Shown: one piece after another, positions 59,902 to 64,000 of the stretch
How positions within the stretch are numbered: the first letter of the stretch is position 1
Layout: each line of letters starts with the position of its first letter
Assembly (NCBI RefSeq): GCF_009914755.1
Contig: NC_060929.1
DNA: 64,000 nucleotides
Origin: the human T2T-CHM13v2.0 reference genome, Homo sapiens
Strand: one strand, 5' to 3'
Position numbers and translations under genes: made by a program
Notes under the pieces: model-generated
Told to the model about the DNA's origin: nothing
What the model saw: the letters and a program-made list of their open reading frames with translations, nothing else
Database searches by the model: none

Positions 59902-60930
59902 AGTCCCAAGGGTAAATGGGGCCATAAATGCACATTTAAATGAGACTGTTAATAAAAGAGACTGTTATTGCACATCTTAAAATTATGTTATTGGAAAACA
60001 TGTTTCTGAGAATTATAAAATGATTCTCATCTATAAAATTCTTATACGTGACAGTTTCAAACTGCTTCCTAAAAATCTAGATTACCAAGTGTTAAAACTA
60101 GCACTAATATATATAATTCTATATATAAAGTGTACCCCAATAGATATATTTTGATTTGAAAGGTATAGAAATGATACTAAAATGTTTTCTTATTTTTATA
60201 AATTTTGTTTAAATTCAAAGGTTATTAAAGCTGTTTCAAAAAGTAAATTTGGAAGAGCAATAGAAACAAAGTAAAAAAGAAACCAGTAGGTAAAGAGAGA
60301 GAGAGAAATGTAAAAAATAGTTACAGGTCTAAAGTTGTATTTTTGGTATAAAAAAAAGTTTGAAAATTTTTTTTATATAAAAATAACCTTGTGTGGTAAA
60401 TTTTGACCTAATGTGCAATGACTAGTTATTTAAGAAATAAAAAGTATAGGACAAAGCAAAACGTTTAACTATGTTGTCAAAGTTCTAGCTTCATGAAGGC
60501 TTAAATGAAGGAATTTGTGTAAACAAGTTGGCTATCATTAGAAAAAAAGTATAAGTGTTTCTAAAGATTGAGCTTTAATATTAAAAATACACTAATACAA
60601 AACTAAAAAATTTGCCCCCACTGTTAAAACAGCAATGTTTCCTTAAAATAATAATCCATTCTTATTAAAAATTACAAGAGGCTTTTGGTTTACAGTTTTC
60701 ATTTAATTTCATTAATTTCAGGTTACAAATGCTATGTTTTTTACCCAAAATAATGATTTTGTTTCTTGAGGTAGTTTTCATCTTAAAGCTACTCAGATTT
60801 ATATCTCAAAAGTTCAATTGTTTTTGTATGTTGCAACACATGATTTTTAGGTCATGCATCATTGCCTCAGCTCTTTCTTCCCTTGAGAAGGTATGATAAC
60901 TCGCTCTTTCAACTTTTCTTTTTTTCAAGG
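59902..60930. mobile_element. Probable ERV1 (MER4-group) internal fragment
   Basis: AT-rich motifs such as aagattgagctttaatattaaaaatacactaatacaaaactaaa and tttaggtcatgcatcattgcc resemble MER4-group internal sequences from memory. Confidence 0.45.
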
Positions 60931-60948
60931 TTTAAGGTTATAAAAAAA

Positions 60949-64000
<3,052 letters not shown>

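Overview
AT-rich primate (very likely human) genomic DNA dominated by transposable-element remnants. It contains many LINE-1 copies (young L1PA to ancient L1M), about 9 Alus, MaLR LTRs (THE1, MST, MLT1, with MLT internal sequence), a near full-length Tigger1, Tigger3, MER58A, MER91A, L2/MIR relics, microsatellites and a perfect 32-bp minisatellite. I recognise no host protein-coding gene, RNA gene or CpG island. The long ORFs are L1 ORF2 remnants, antisense reads of repeats or low-complexity artefacts. I found no convincing novel biological system. The best second-look items are mechanistic footprints: two twin-primed L1 5' inversions, an 18-nt L1 3' transduction, an Alu insertion with target deletion, a young AluYc1-like insertion and a minisatellite bracketed by inverted repeats. 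Unique DNA also holds an RFX/FOX/Oct motif cluster and a candidate 42-nt micro-exon. Subfamily names come from remembered consensus features, not a database search, and boundaries of old elements are approximate.
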